From Octopus vulgaris (lineage: Eukaryota): DNA of 64,000 nucleotides. Location: the NCBI GenBank assembly GCA_951406725.2, contig OX597820.1:74152001-74216000 (forward strand). Reading direction: 5' to 3'. Below are positions 37,408 to 50,686 of the stretch, piece after piece (position 1 is the first letter of the stretch; the number at the start of each line of letters is the position of its first letter). The notes below the pieces were generated by a model. The model did not search any database. It had not been told where the DNA came from and saw nothing but the letters and a program-made list of their open reading frames with translations. The position numbers and the translations under genes are program-made.

Positions 37408-37576
37408 GCATATATACTTAGAGAGAGAGAGTTTGGAAAGAAAAAGTCGAAACGTGCCTCCTTTGAAAGTGATATCTGAATTAAATTATTTATGACTGTA
37501 TGGGACGTGCCTCGAGAGCCAATATTCTAGAAAAGCTCACCTCCTCACGAAAGTATATAAATTCTTATGCCCCCAC

Positions 37577-37684
<108 letters not shown>

Positions 37685-38236
37685 CATCACAATCGCTGCA
37701 TAATTAAAATTGCTTGAGTGCAATAATGTGATTTAGTAGAATCTACAGTGGTCAAACTAGCTCAAGGTAACAGGATAGGAGGTGTCAAGAATTACTAACA
37801 ATACACATTGTAGGATTAGATTAAAACGAGGACCTATGTATGTGAAATGAATTGGCATCAACCACGAATTGAACATGCGTCCTGATATTCGCATTATCGG
37901 ATATATATTTTTTGCTCTACAGCTCTTGGCAATTTAATCTGGGAAAAGTTTTAAAACCGAAACTGTAAACAATGCCTAAGAAGGAATATATTAACGGGAA
38001 TAAATATTTTTAAAAATGCTATTTAAAATATTTTTTATTGGTGAAATGAAAATTTGATATTGAGATGGATCATTAAGAGATATGAAAAGAAAAATGTGAG
38101 TCAAAATGGTTTTGATAGAAATATTTCAAGTCTTGCTTACTGAACTTTAGTTTCAAATTTCAACTAGATTTTAATGTTTACACACACACACACACACAAA
38201 CACAGACGCACAGATACACACACACACACAAACATG

Positions 38237-38435
<199 letters not shown>

Positions 38436-38441
38436 ATATAA

Positions 38442-38817
38442 GGCGGCGAGCTGGCAGACACGTTAGCACGCCGGGCGAAATGCTTAGCAGTATTTCGTCT
38501 GCCGCTACGTTCTGAGGTCAAATTCCGCCGAAATCCACTTCGCCTTTCATCCTTTCGGGGTCGATAAATTAAGTACCAGTAACGCACTGGGGTCGATGTA
38601 ATCGACTTAATCCGTTTGTCTGTCCTTGTTTGTCCCCTCTGTGTTTAGCCCCGTGTGGGCAATAAAGAAATAGGTATTTCGTCTGCCGTTACATTCTGAG
38701 TCCAAATTCCGCCGAGGTCGACTTTGCCTTTCATCCATTCAGAGTCGATAAATTAAGTACCAGTTGCATATTGGGGTTGATCTAATCAACTGGCCCCTTC
38801 CCCCAAAATTTCGGGCA
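38442..38817 (+). mobile_element. SINE A young copy followed directly by a headless second A unit
   Basis: The tail aaagaaatagg runs into tatttcgtctgccg of a second body carrying the older-type tail. Confidence 0.85.
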
Positions 38818-38831
38818 TACGATATGTATGC

Positions 38832-38892
<61 letters not shown>

Positions 38893-38930
38893 TATGTATA
38901 TATATACATTCATATTTATATATATGTATG

Positions 38931-38990
<60 letters not shown>

Positions 38991-39849
38991 TATATATACC
39001 CATCCTTCTTTAGCCGCCTTAATTTCTGTTTAGATTATGGGAATATATTTGTTTTATCAAGCTTAAATTACAAACCAAAGGAATTAAAAAAAAAGAAAAA
39101 GAACGAAAGGAGGAAGAAATACTCAACGAAAGAAAAGTGATCCTAAAATTATATAAAAAAAAGTAGTGAAAATAAAACAAAGGCAAATAAAAAAAAAGAG
39201 GCAACAACAAAAAATATGGTAGCAAAATCCCTATTTTTAGTGAAAATTGAAATACACCAGATTTACACCGGATTGTTTCGAGTATGAAAAAAAAAACGGT
39301 TTACATAAAACTAGGGTAAATCTGAAAAGTTCAGAAGATACAGCTTATATGTAAAGCAGTGATGAATCACACACACACGAACGCATACATCATCACATGT
39401 ACGACGAGATAGAGAAGGAGACAGAGAGAATGTGAAAGAGAGTGAGCGAATAAGACAGAGAGAAGATAGAGCGAGAGAGAGAGAGAGAGGGGGGTGGAAA
39501 CTGGAGGGAGAGAGATAGGGAGCGAGAGAGATTTGACTTTTAGCATATACTAAATGTTGTGAGGTAAACGTTGCTTAACTCAGACTTGTTGAAAGGGAAA
39601 AAAAATTCAGTGAAGAGAAGTTTTGTGTGAAGTGAGTTGTGTGTGTGTGTGTGTGTGTGTGCTGGGGATGGTTAGTATGGGAGTAGAACAGGATAGGGAG
39701 TGGGGAATGCAGAAAGTGATAACAAGAGAAAAAAAAAGAAAAGAAAGACGATGTGAAAGAAGAAGAAAATGAGTCTAATAACAAAAGTCTAAACAAATAA
39801 TTATTAGGTACTTGGCTACGGATATGTTGCTATAGGATATGGAATGTTA

Positions 39850-39942
<93 letters not shown>

Positions 39943-40244
39943 TCTTTGTAAGCCTAGTACTTATTCTATCGGTCTTTTGCCGAACCGCTAAGTTACGTGG
40001 ACGTAAACACGCCAACATCGGTTATCAAATGATGGTAGAGGGGAACAATCACAGACACACAAACACACACACACAAATATACGATGGGCTTCTTTCAGTT
40101 TCCGTCTACCAAATCCACTCACAAGCCTTTGGTTGGCCCGAGGCTATAATAGAAGACTCTTGCCCAAGGTGCCACGCAGTGGGACTGAACTCGGAACCAT
40201 ATGGCTGGTAAGCAAGCTACTTACCACATAGCCATTCCTGCGTT

Positions 40245-40328
<84 letters not shown>

Positions 40329-40377
40329 ACGTGTGTACCGTTGGCGATTTTTTTTTCCTCTGTCTTCCTTCTTCTAT

Positions 40378-40411
40378 GTTTCCGACGAAGAGCCCGCTCG
40401 AAACGTTAAAC
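40378..40411 (+). ncRNA. Ultra-minimal hammerhead-like motif
   Basis: gttt-CCGACGA-a-gagc-cc-gctc-GAAAC-GTT-aaac. The element 40327-40520 has (TA)n on both sides and is the same family as 14660-14880. Confidence 0.65.
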
Positions 40412-40518
40412 CCTCCTTCTTCCCTTCCTTCCTGAGCGTCCAATAATACTTTATTTGTTCCACGTCCTCACGTCCTCGCGTTGTTGTGTTTTCTCTTTGT
40501 GTTTTCATGTTTGGATTA

Positions 40519-40596
<78 letters not shown>

Positions 40597-41492
40597 GGTG
40601 AACAAGGTATATATCGGAAATGCTTTATCCCACGTAGAATCTGCCGGTGCTTGATTGTACTGCAAACTCTTCTTCCGAATACATCGCCTGCGGAAGAGCT
40701 CCACGTGCGGGTACTTCTCAAATATAGCCTGATAGGTTGATACGCGGGGAGATCAAAGCTGGCACTCCGATCTACGGAACATCCTGTTTGTGAAATTAGC
40801 ATACTAGTGGTTGAGTACTCCATAGACATGCGTATCTTTAACGTAGTTCTCATGGAGATTTAGTTTAGTACAGGATGTGTCCTTTGCATAACAAATACAA
40901 TTCATTTTCGCCATCTGAGTGGATTGTCGCAATGTGAAATAAAGTGTCTTGCTTAAGGATACAAATCGCCCTGATAACCGACCTCACGACTTTACAATCG
41001 AGAGTCGAATACTCCAGCCACAACGAAACGCTCCTTCACATGTAGAGAGATAAGAAGATAGAGAGATACAGCTGATATAGTTAGTTTAAAAAATAAATAT
41101 AAAGACGTGATATTGCATTGAGGGTGCTTGTAAAGGCAAGAACACGGCATACAATGGATAGACATCCAGAAGTATTGCGGAGAGAATAAATGCGCACTTG
41201 AAGCAATGTGATGATTAAAAACAGTCTATCGTACTCTACCAACATGCCAACATGCCAACATGGAGGTACACTGGGCCGACTTGACATTCGCATTTTATCC
41301 AAGCACCCGAAGGACCCATCACTCAGATAAAAACAGGAGTACGTCCTCATAAATAAAATGTCCCCCGTGCTAAATAAGAATTACACGCAGAATTATTTTG
41401 ATCTGCTTTACCTCTGGATATCCTTGTTGCTTATTTTGGTCAGAATCAGCCCATTTTGAATTATATGGAAAAGTTAACTTTTCCTCTCACAC

Positions 41493-41548
41493 CGTCTCCG
41501 ATGAAGGGATATTATTATCAATTAATATTCTAGAAACAGCTGTAAGAT
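41493..41548 (+). ncRNA. Minimal hammerhead-like motif (same family as 13521)
   Basis: gtct-CCGATGA-a-gggatatta...taatattct-a-GAAAC-agct-GTA-agat; the downstream 200 bp are homologous to 13570-13760. Confidence 0.65.
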
Positions 41549-41752
41549 CTTCTATCTATAAATGCTCTAATATCTATACAGCATTGGTTTTTTTTATCAC
41601 ATTACACAAAAAATTCATATATACACACGCTGACATAGAACCAACGTTGAACCCTTTATTCGCATTATTACCGAATCCGGAATTTAACTATGGTCTGTCT
41701 ATAGCACTTATTCAGCATTACCCGACACCTCTGGGTCTCAATGATACCATTA

Positions 41753-41829
<77 letters not shown>

Positions 41830-41979
41830 TAAACGTATATATATATATATTCAGGAAGAAAATGGATGTAAATAACAAGGAGAAACTCGTCGTTTTCGCT
41901 GGTATGTCGTTAATTTAATTAATTAACAAAGAAGAAGGTAGCATTTACGATCAATTCAATTTACTAGTTTTAGTAAATA

Positions 41980-42806
41980 CTAGCAGCATAGCCCGGCGTT
42001 GCCCGGGTATGTAAGAGCCCCTAGTAGGCAACGACTAATCCCAATCTTGTCCTTTCCCTCTAGGGAACGAAGGCGCATGTGTAGGTTGCAATGTCTTCTC
42101 TTTACTCGAATACTTCTGTGTATACGATGTTCCTAGCTGTCCCTTTGGGCGAAAACATGAAAACATCATTGCTGAAAACATCAATCCTGAAGTGGATTGG
42201 TAGGTCAGCGCCCGACGGTTGAAGGTGCATGCGTGGAATGAAGACGTCCTCTCCATTCCCACAGCGGGTAAGAATTGTGGCCGTTATTAAATGTGGTGGC
42301 AAATGTTTCACAACCAGACGTGTGCCGTTGCACTGTTTAGGTGGAACCAAATTCCTGATGAGCATAATGGGCGCGCCGACTTTTAACTTCAGGATGTGTG
42401 GCGGCAGGCCTGGCGGTTCAAGTGAATTCAGGAATTCAACAGGATAATCGGCAAGCTCGGCGGGGTCTGCTGTCCTATCAATAGATTTGTAGACGTGGAC
42501 ATCACCAAGAATAGCTTCAAGTAGCTAGATATTGATGGAGTTGAGAGTTAAAAAGGTCGAGTTGCGTCCCCTAGACAGTCTGTGGTTTGTGCTTCTGATT
42601 TTCGACCCCATGTCGAATTTATCGATTTTTTCAGAACTGGGGGAACTTTTCAAAATTTTCGCTGTGTTAGTTTTGAATTATGACATTGGGCTATGTGTGT
42701 GTCAAGTTTCATCAGAATCGGTTGAAAGCCGTGGTCAGGGTGAGGGTACAACCTGACAGACACACAGACACACAGACAGACAAACTGCCGTTTATATAGA
42801 GATAGA
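41980..42806 (-). mobile_element. Internally deleted Helitron with PIF1-type helicase remnant
   Basis: Minus strand 5' A|TCtatctctatataaa and 3' hairpin cccgggcaacgccggg plus CTAG|T. Peptides [46 protein letters not shown] and [10 protein letters not shown]. Confidence 0.92.
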
Positions 42807-43952
42807 TCTTCAGAATGCGAAAAATAGATTGATACATCGGTCAGAATGCAAAAATAATTGATACATAGTTAATGGTAATTGAACCAAAATTTGTGAGTCT
42901 TACTTTGTATTTTGTTCTTAAGTTGGTTATTTCGCTACCGAACTACCTGCCACCGTACAACTTTACAAAATACTGTACCTACTCAGGTAATAACCAGGAG
43001 CGCCTTTGGATTTAATTATCCCTTAGAGGTATTAAACTCCTCTAACTGATACCTACACTATATATATGTATGTGTATGTGTGTTTGCGTGTCTGTGTTCG
43101 TCTCTCCACCATCGCTTGACAATCGATGTTGATGTGTTTACGTCTCCGTAACTTAGTGGTTCGGCAAAAGAGACCGATAGAATAAGAACTAGGCTCACAA
43201 AGAATTAATTCCTGGGGTCAATTTGTTGGACTAAAGGCTGTGCTCCAGCATGGCCGCAGACTGAAACAAGTAAATGAATACAAGAATAAAAAAATATAAC
43301 CAGGAACACACACACACGTGCACTCAGACACGCGCGCGCGCGCAGACAAACGCCCGCGCGCACAAACAAATGTGTTATAAAGTAAAGATATATAGCAAAG
43401 GTCTCCATTTAGCCGCGTATCCCGAATAGCTTGATTGTCGTTAAAGGTTCTTTTAAATGCTAATGTTCACTCCATTATATTAAACAGATGGTGACAGAGC
43501 TACTGGTTAACGAAGTTCTTGGTGTGGGGGCATTGACGGTCGTGGCGTTGCTGTTGTTATTGTTGTTGGTGGTGGTGGTGGTGGTGGGTGTAGTGGTGAC
43601 AAAGAGGCTATAATAGTGTGGTTGGAGGTTGCAGTGGTAATGATGGCGTCAGTTGGAGATCAAGGCGATCGTATGTATGTCTTGCGCCACAATAAATTAA
43701 CGACGCGTCAAGGAGTGAGTGTTTTTTGATGCTATAGATTATCATTAGATATGCGCAAGGATGTTATTGTGTGTGTGTGTATATGTATGGTTATCTGTGC
43801 TCAGGTATGGCCGCAGTTCAGTGACAAAATCCACCAATAAATGCACACAAAAGACCCCCGCGCACACATATCTATCTACCTATATACTTACTTATCTCTC
43901 TGTCTCTGTCTGTTTGTCTCCCCCTCCCTCTCTCTCTATATATGTATATTCT

Positions 43953-44670
<718 letters not shown>

Positions 44671-44931
44671 ATCTATTACATCATGATAAAAATAAGCCCC
44701 GCTTTCTTCAAGTGAATTAAAAATTTAAAACTTGGTTAAGAAAAAATACCAAGATACGGAATTTGTGCTGACTTTCTCATTTTGGCGACAAATGAAAGCA
44801 TTCCACATCTTGTAATTTAAAACGGAATTTAAAGTAAATGGGGTTTTTTATCTTTTCGTAATGTAATCACTTTATTCATCAATCAAAAATGTGTCTGAAA
44901 CAGCTGTAGTAAACCTTAACCCATCTCTGCT

Positions 44932-45007
<76 letters not shown>

Positions 45008-45263
45008 GTATGTATATATGAATGTATGTACGTATGTATGTATGTATGTATGTGTGTATGCATGTACTAGCTGTGTGATAAGAAGCTTGCTTCCCAACCA
45101 CATGGCTCCGGATTCAATCACACTGCGTGGCACCTTTGGCAAGTGTATTCTACTCGGGTCAACCAAAGCCTTGTGAAGGGATTTGGCAGACAGAAACTGA
45201 AAGAAGCCCATCGTTATAATATATATATATATATTGGAATGTTTGGAGGTGGTGTACAGGTGT

Positions 45264-45466
45264 TATATATTAGAAAAAATAAGGTGCTCAGAGATCTGGA
45301 TGGTTGTACATTTACAAATTTTTATTAATACGCCACATGTTTTATAAATCATATATAAGAGCTTGCGTCTACTCTAGTAGATTCTTCTACTAGAGTTGAT
45401 GTGGCATATTGATAGAAATCTGTAAATGTACAAGCATCCAGATCTCTGAGTACCTTATTTTTACTA

Positions 45467-45470
<4 letters not shown>
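45264..45470. repeat. Imperfect ~72-bp inverted repeat with an inner hairpin, beside (TA)n
   Basis: Arms 45264-45338 and 45399-45470; the spacer contains actctagtaga/tctactagagt. Confidence 0.8.
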
Positions 45471-45517
<47 letters not shown>

Positions 45518-46769
45518 CATACATACATACATACATACATACATACATACATACATTTAACAAAAGTCGGGATGCATGGAATCCAGTTACTGAATAAATG
45601 AAAAACGTTTTAAATATTACAAAACGTATACATGACTGTCACAGGACCCTAATTCTTCATCAGTTATCGACCAAAAATACTAATACTCAGTTTCGGTCCT
45701 TTAACGATAATAACGATAAGATATGTAAATAAGATATATACATAAGTATATATATATATAGATAGATATATGTATGTATCTATAAATATATACATGCAGT
45801 ACCTGAGAGTAATTTTAAGTTTCTCAGTTGAAGAAGAGCCATAAGCGACAGTTGTTCACAAATAACCTTGCGTTTTGAATTTAGTTTAATTACACACTGT
45901 GTCGCCTAAATATTTAGATTTGATTGTCAGACACATTATTATTTATGGCCGTAAGATGTCATAGTTCTTATACGTCACGTATTAAACATGCTAACGCAAT
46001 CGTAATTAACATCGCTGAAGTTAGCGTTAGTGTTCTGAAGACTATGGCAAACATATACCACTTATGTGTGTGTGTGTGTGTGTGTGTTGTTACGAGATGT
46101 TTTATAAGCTTAAAACTGCGAAGGAAGATTATTCTGCTACACAGGCATGTTATTTCAGATTTTAGTATTTAAAATTAATTTACAAACACTTCATTCGGAA
46201 TATCACCAAAAATATTACAGCCTCCTGCTTTATATCATTGTTGATTATTACCGACTGTCAATTGTTTTAGTTTCTGAATTCGAGTTTATTTTTGGCCAAT
46301 TTATATACTTGAATCGAAAGTATGTCACAACATTTGTTAATTTTCTTTCATAATTTCATTACAAAGTTACTATAAGGATTTATCCAGAAAATGAGATCTC
46401 GAAATACAGAATTTCCCCTGGTGGTCAGTTATAGCAGGGGAGACAATCTAGAAGGGGTGGCAGAATTGGAAGTACGAATTTTAAATCAAAGATTCAAGAA
46501 TGTGCACAAAACATTTCATATTTCTTTTTTTTATATTTCCCATACAATTACAAAGATCTTACAATTAAATTCTTCTTTTACTTTTATTTGTTTCAGTCAT
46601 TTGACTGTGGCCATACTCGAGCACCGCCAAGACTCATTCTTCGTAAGCCCAGTCCTTATTCTATCGGTCTCTCTTGCCGAACCGCTAAGTTACGGGGACG
46701 TAAACACACCGACATCGATTGTCAAGCGATATTGAGAGGACAAACACAGACACAGACACAGACACACAG

Positions 46770-46804
<35 letters not shown>

Positions 46805-46869
46805 CACACACACACACACGTACACACACATACACACATATAAATTTTACCAATGAATAATTTCCTAAA

Positions 46870-47600
46870 AGACAGAACTTCCTAAGGTTTCCCGTGGAAA
46901 CCTCATAACGCAAATGGAGGCCCTGACCACTAGGGCAAATGCCATCTCCATATCGTCTAATGGCGCATGCTTAGAGTTCACTCGGACCATTCTTGCCACA
47001 TTCACCCACCTTTCAATGAAAGTGTTAGGAAGCAGTACTTCCATCTCTATCCTCATCTTTCTTTCCAAATGAAACTTGAAAAAGTTAATGAAGGCGTGGA
47101 TCAAGAGGAAAGTGTTTACCTTCAGCTCTTTCAATCTGGTCCACCACACAACCTCTTTCGATAATGTCACTAGAAAAATAAACACCGACAGCCCTTTTTA
47201 GCCAAAATAAGGCGTCACAATGGACTCAGCCAATAGCCGGGGCCGTCCTAAAAATGAAGGCAGGTATTCGACTTAAATCTACAAGTCAGCTATGGTAGGG
47301 CAGTGGACGAGTCCGGCGAGGAACTTCCATGCCTGTAGAGTTTACCTCGAACCAGTAATTATCATCACCCCCACCCCAGTAGCAATAGACCAGGTGTTTC
47401 TGGAAATTATCTATAGGCCCCAGTGCGAAAGTCCTCCAGAACAGACCAGCCAATGGGATTCACGTCAGTACCCAGAGTTACCCCGAGAACATCATCGCCT
47501 TTACCCGCTGCTATCCCTCTACAGAACTTCTACCGACCACCTTGTCCGACTTGAGTGTGAGTACCTGATGATACTTTTAAATGCCTGGCGCTTTGCCTCG
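46870..47600 (-). mobile_element. Decayed Tx1/L1-clade LINE 3' fragment
   Basis: KEVVWWTRLKELKVNTFL..FINFFKFHLERKMRIE..RWVNVARMVR matches the end of the 35456-36722 element. Confidence 0.75.
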
Positions 47601-47639
47601 GTCTGAGCTTGATCCATGACTGCATCCCAAATGATAATG

Positions 47640-47885
47640 ATAATAACTGCAAACCAGAATATTGCAAAGACAGAGAGCAAGAAAGCCGAAAATTACTAAG
47701 ATCTATCATTGGAAGTCAAAAGCATACACAGGGCCTCAAAAGTGAGTATGATATCTATTGTGACCAGTGAACTTGGGACCATCTCAAAGAAACAATATTC
47801 TGATATGGAAAGCTGCAAATATCAAAGTTTATAGGAAGTACACAGTTGGCAGCAGTTCTTGGAACATCTCATTTGTTGAGAAAGG
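47640..47885 (+). mobile_element. Decayed RLE LINE extreme C-terminus
   Basis: KKAENY*DLSLEVKSIHRASKVSMISIV..LGTISK, followed by a simple-repeat tail. Confidence 0.55.
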
Positions 47886-48047
47886 TGTTGTTGTTGTTGT
47901 TGTTGTTGTAATCGTTCTCGTTATTGTTGTTGCTATATCGTTAGTAATATGCTAGTTGCTATTAGGATTGCTGGTATTATTCTTCTTTTTATAGTTATTA
48001 TTATTATCATTATTAGTATAATTATAATTTTTATTATTATTTTATTT

Positions 48048-48080
<33 letters not shown>

Positions 48081-48604
48081 GTCGTCGTCGTCGTCATCAT
48101 CATCACCGTCGTCATCATCATTATTATCATTGCCGTCGTCTCCATCGTCTTCTCTCCAGTCAGCCAATCATTCTCTCTTAATTCCCATAGAAGTGTAGAA
48201 GTATTGAAGTGACAAAGCTATCCTTTATCATTAGCAACAGGAAACCGAATTAACATAGTTGTCATGCCAGCAGAAATAGCTAGATCTCTTTACAGAGCTA
48301 GACGTTAAGAGTGTTCGATAGGGATTAGGAAGTAAGCTAGAAATAAGTATGTATTTCATTTATTTATTTATTTATTCATTCTTTCATTCATTCATTCAAT
48401 TACCCCCAGCATATCTCTGTCGACTGCTTAATCCTGTGGAGACAACCAATCTACTTAATCCTTTGAAAATCGATGACATGCTCTCAGCAGATTTCAGCAG
48501 ATTCCTTCTCTTTTCGTTTGCGATCGCTGTTCACGGTAAAATAAGAATTGGAAAAGAAAACTAATTTCAACGAAACGTACACATAGCATACACTCTCATA
48601 CACG

Positions 48605-48747
<143 letters not shown>

Positions 48748-49974
48748 ACACGTGAAGATGTAAAGTTATACTGTTATAAGCATATTCATAGACACATATA
48801 TAATCGAATTAAGCCAAATTCCATTAATGACATACACGACGAATCACTATGTGTGTGTTTGTGTAAGATTTCCAGAATAAAAATAAACAAAAATGAACAA
48901 AAGCAAAACAACTAAACAAGTAAGAGAACAAGGTCATTAAATTTGCACTCAAATTTAATGCGAGAGTTTTGCGCTTCGGAAAATGGTCCTTCGTCATGAA
49001 AAGTAAAACAATAGAAAACAAGCGAGTTAAACTAAAACTATACTGTGTATATAAGAATGTGTGTATATATATATATAATTAAAGAAACAAACAAACAGGA
49101 GCTGCTTTGAAAACTTTTTTATGGATAAAAGTAAACAAAATATGCTTCTGGTTTCGATCGCTTGAAATAAAAGGAAAAATAATTGAAGAGCAATTGCCCG
49201 TCTAAAGCGTTGTGAGTGGATTTAGTAGACGGAAACTGAAAGAATCCCGTCGTATATATAAACATGTATATGTGCATGAGCGTGTGTGTGTGTTGGGGCC
49301 TGCGTTTGTCCTCACACCTGTGTTTACTTGACAACCAGTGTTGGAGTGTTTACGTGGCCTTGTGTTTAGGGTGTTGCGCCCATGATCGTAAGTTCGTGGG
49401 CTCGACTGCTGCAGCGGGTGGAGCACTGAGTTCTTAAGCAAAACACTTCGTTTCTCATAACTCCAGTCCACTTATCCGTAAATGAGTAGCCATGAGACGG
49501 ACCAGCGTCAGTTTCTGGCGGAATACTGCTCTCCCAGTAAACCGGGCTTTATGAATGCCAGGACAGAAGACAGATATACCCAGGAAAATTACTTTAGTAG
49601 AATATCCTACCAATTATTTCTTTTTCCAACACACCTAGAGTATTGTATTCTCCCCGTATTTTCCTAACACACTTTACAGCATTACGTTCTGCAGTCTTAA
49701 ACCCTTGACAATGGTTGACGCAAATGTGCGATCACACTTTTGCTTGCCTACCCGCGGTTAACGTAAATATACGATGTAGAACTGCCCTACATCTATCAAG
49801 GATTTTTAAGCGGCTGATGTATGTTTACGTTTACTATCGTGTACTTTATCTCTTGAGGTACGCGCGCTCGCCGTCCCGTGGATTATCTTAGCTAATTTAC
49901 GTTACGTGCAAACTCATGAGACTAGCAGTAGACCAATGAAATGAGGATACTTTACATGCATATGCATGTAAATT

Positions 49975-50597
49975 TCTGAGGAAGGGGAGGAAGGAGAGGA
50001 GGGTGATGAATCACTTCCTGGAAAGTTCCGAGGAGAGGGAGGGATTACTTCCTGGAAAGTTCCGAGGAGGGAGAAGAATGATTTCTTGCAAAGTTCAGAG
50101 GAGGGGGATGAATTATTTATTCCCTGGAAAGTTCCGAGGAGGGAGAAGAATGATTTCTTGCAAAGTTCAGAGGAGGGGGATGAATTATTTATTCCCTGGA
50201 AAGTTCCGAGGAGGGGGGAAGAGGTGAGGGGGAGGAAAAGGATGAATTACTTCATGGAAATTTTCGAGGCGGGAGAATTACTTCCTGGAAAGTTCCGAGG
50301 ATAGGGAGGAAGAGCAGAAATTACTTCCTGGAAAAATACAAGGAAGGGAAAGGAATTATTTGCTGGATAGTTGCATGGAGAGGGCGGAAGGTGAAGATTT
50401 ACTTCCTGGTAAGTTCTGAGGAGGAGAGGAATTACTTCCTGCAAAGTTCCGAGGAGGGGGGAGAAATTTCTGAGGAGGGGAGGAAGGGGAGAAATTACTT
50501 ACTTGAAAGTTCTGAGGAGGGGGAGGAATTATTTCCTGAATAATTCCGGCGAGTGGGGAGAAAATATTTCCTCGAAAGTTTCGAGGATTTCCTGAGA
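49975..50597. repeat. Purine-rich minisatellite (core ttcctggaaagttccgaggaggg), continuing at 53615-53805
   Basis: About 35-40-bp units seen directly; includes a near-exact ~78-bp duplication. Confidence 0.9.
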
Positions 50598-50686
50598 AGT
50601 TAGTTAGTTAGTTAGTTAGTTAATTTGGCTCAAAAGCAAATAGCAAGGCCATGTAGGGGGACATGGAGTTAAGTACAGGGTGGTGT

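Noticed and set aside
49975-50597. CRISPR-like repeat/spacer appearance
   Set aside because: The intervening sequences are related to each other and purine-rich, there are no cas genes, and the context is eukaryotic. It is a minisatellite.
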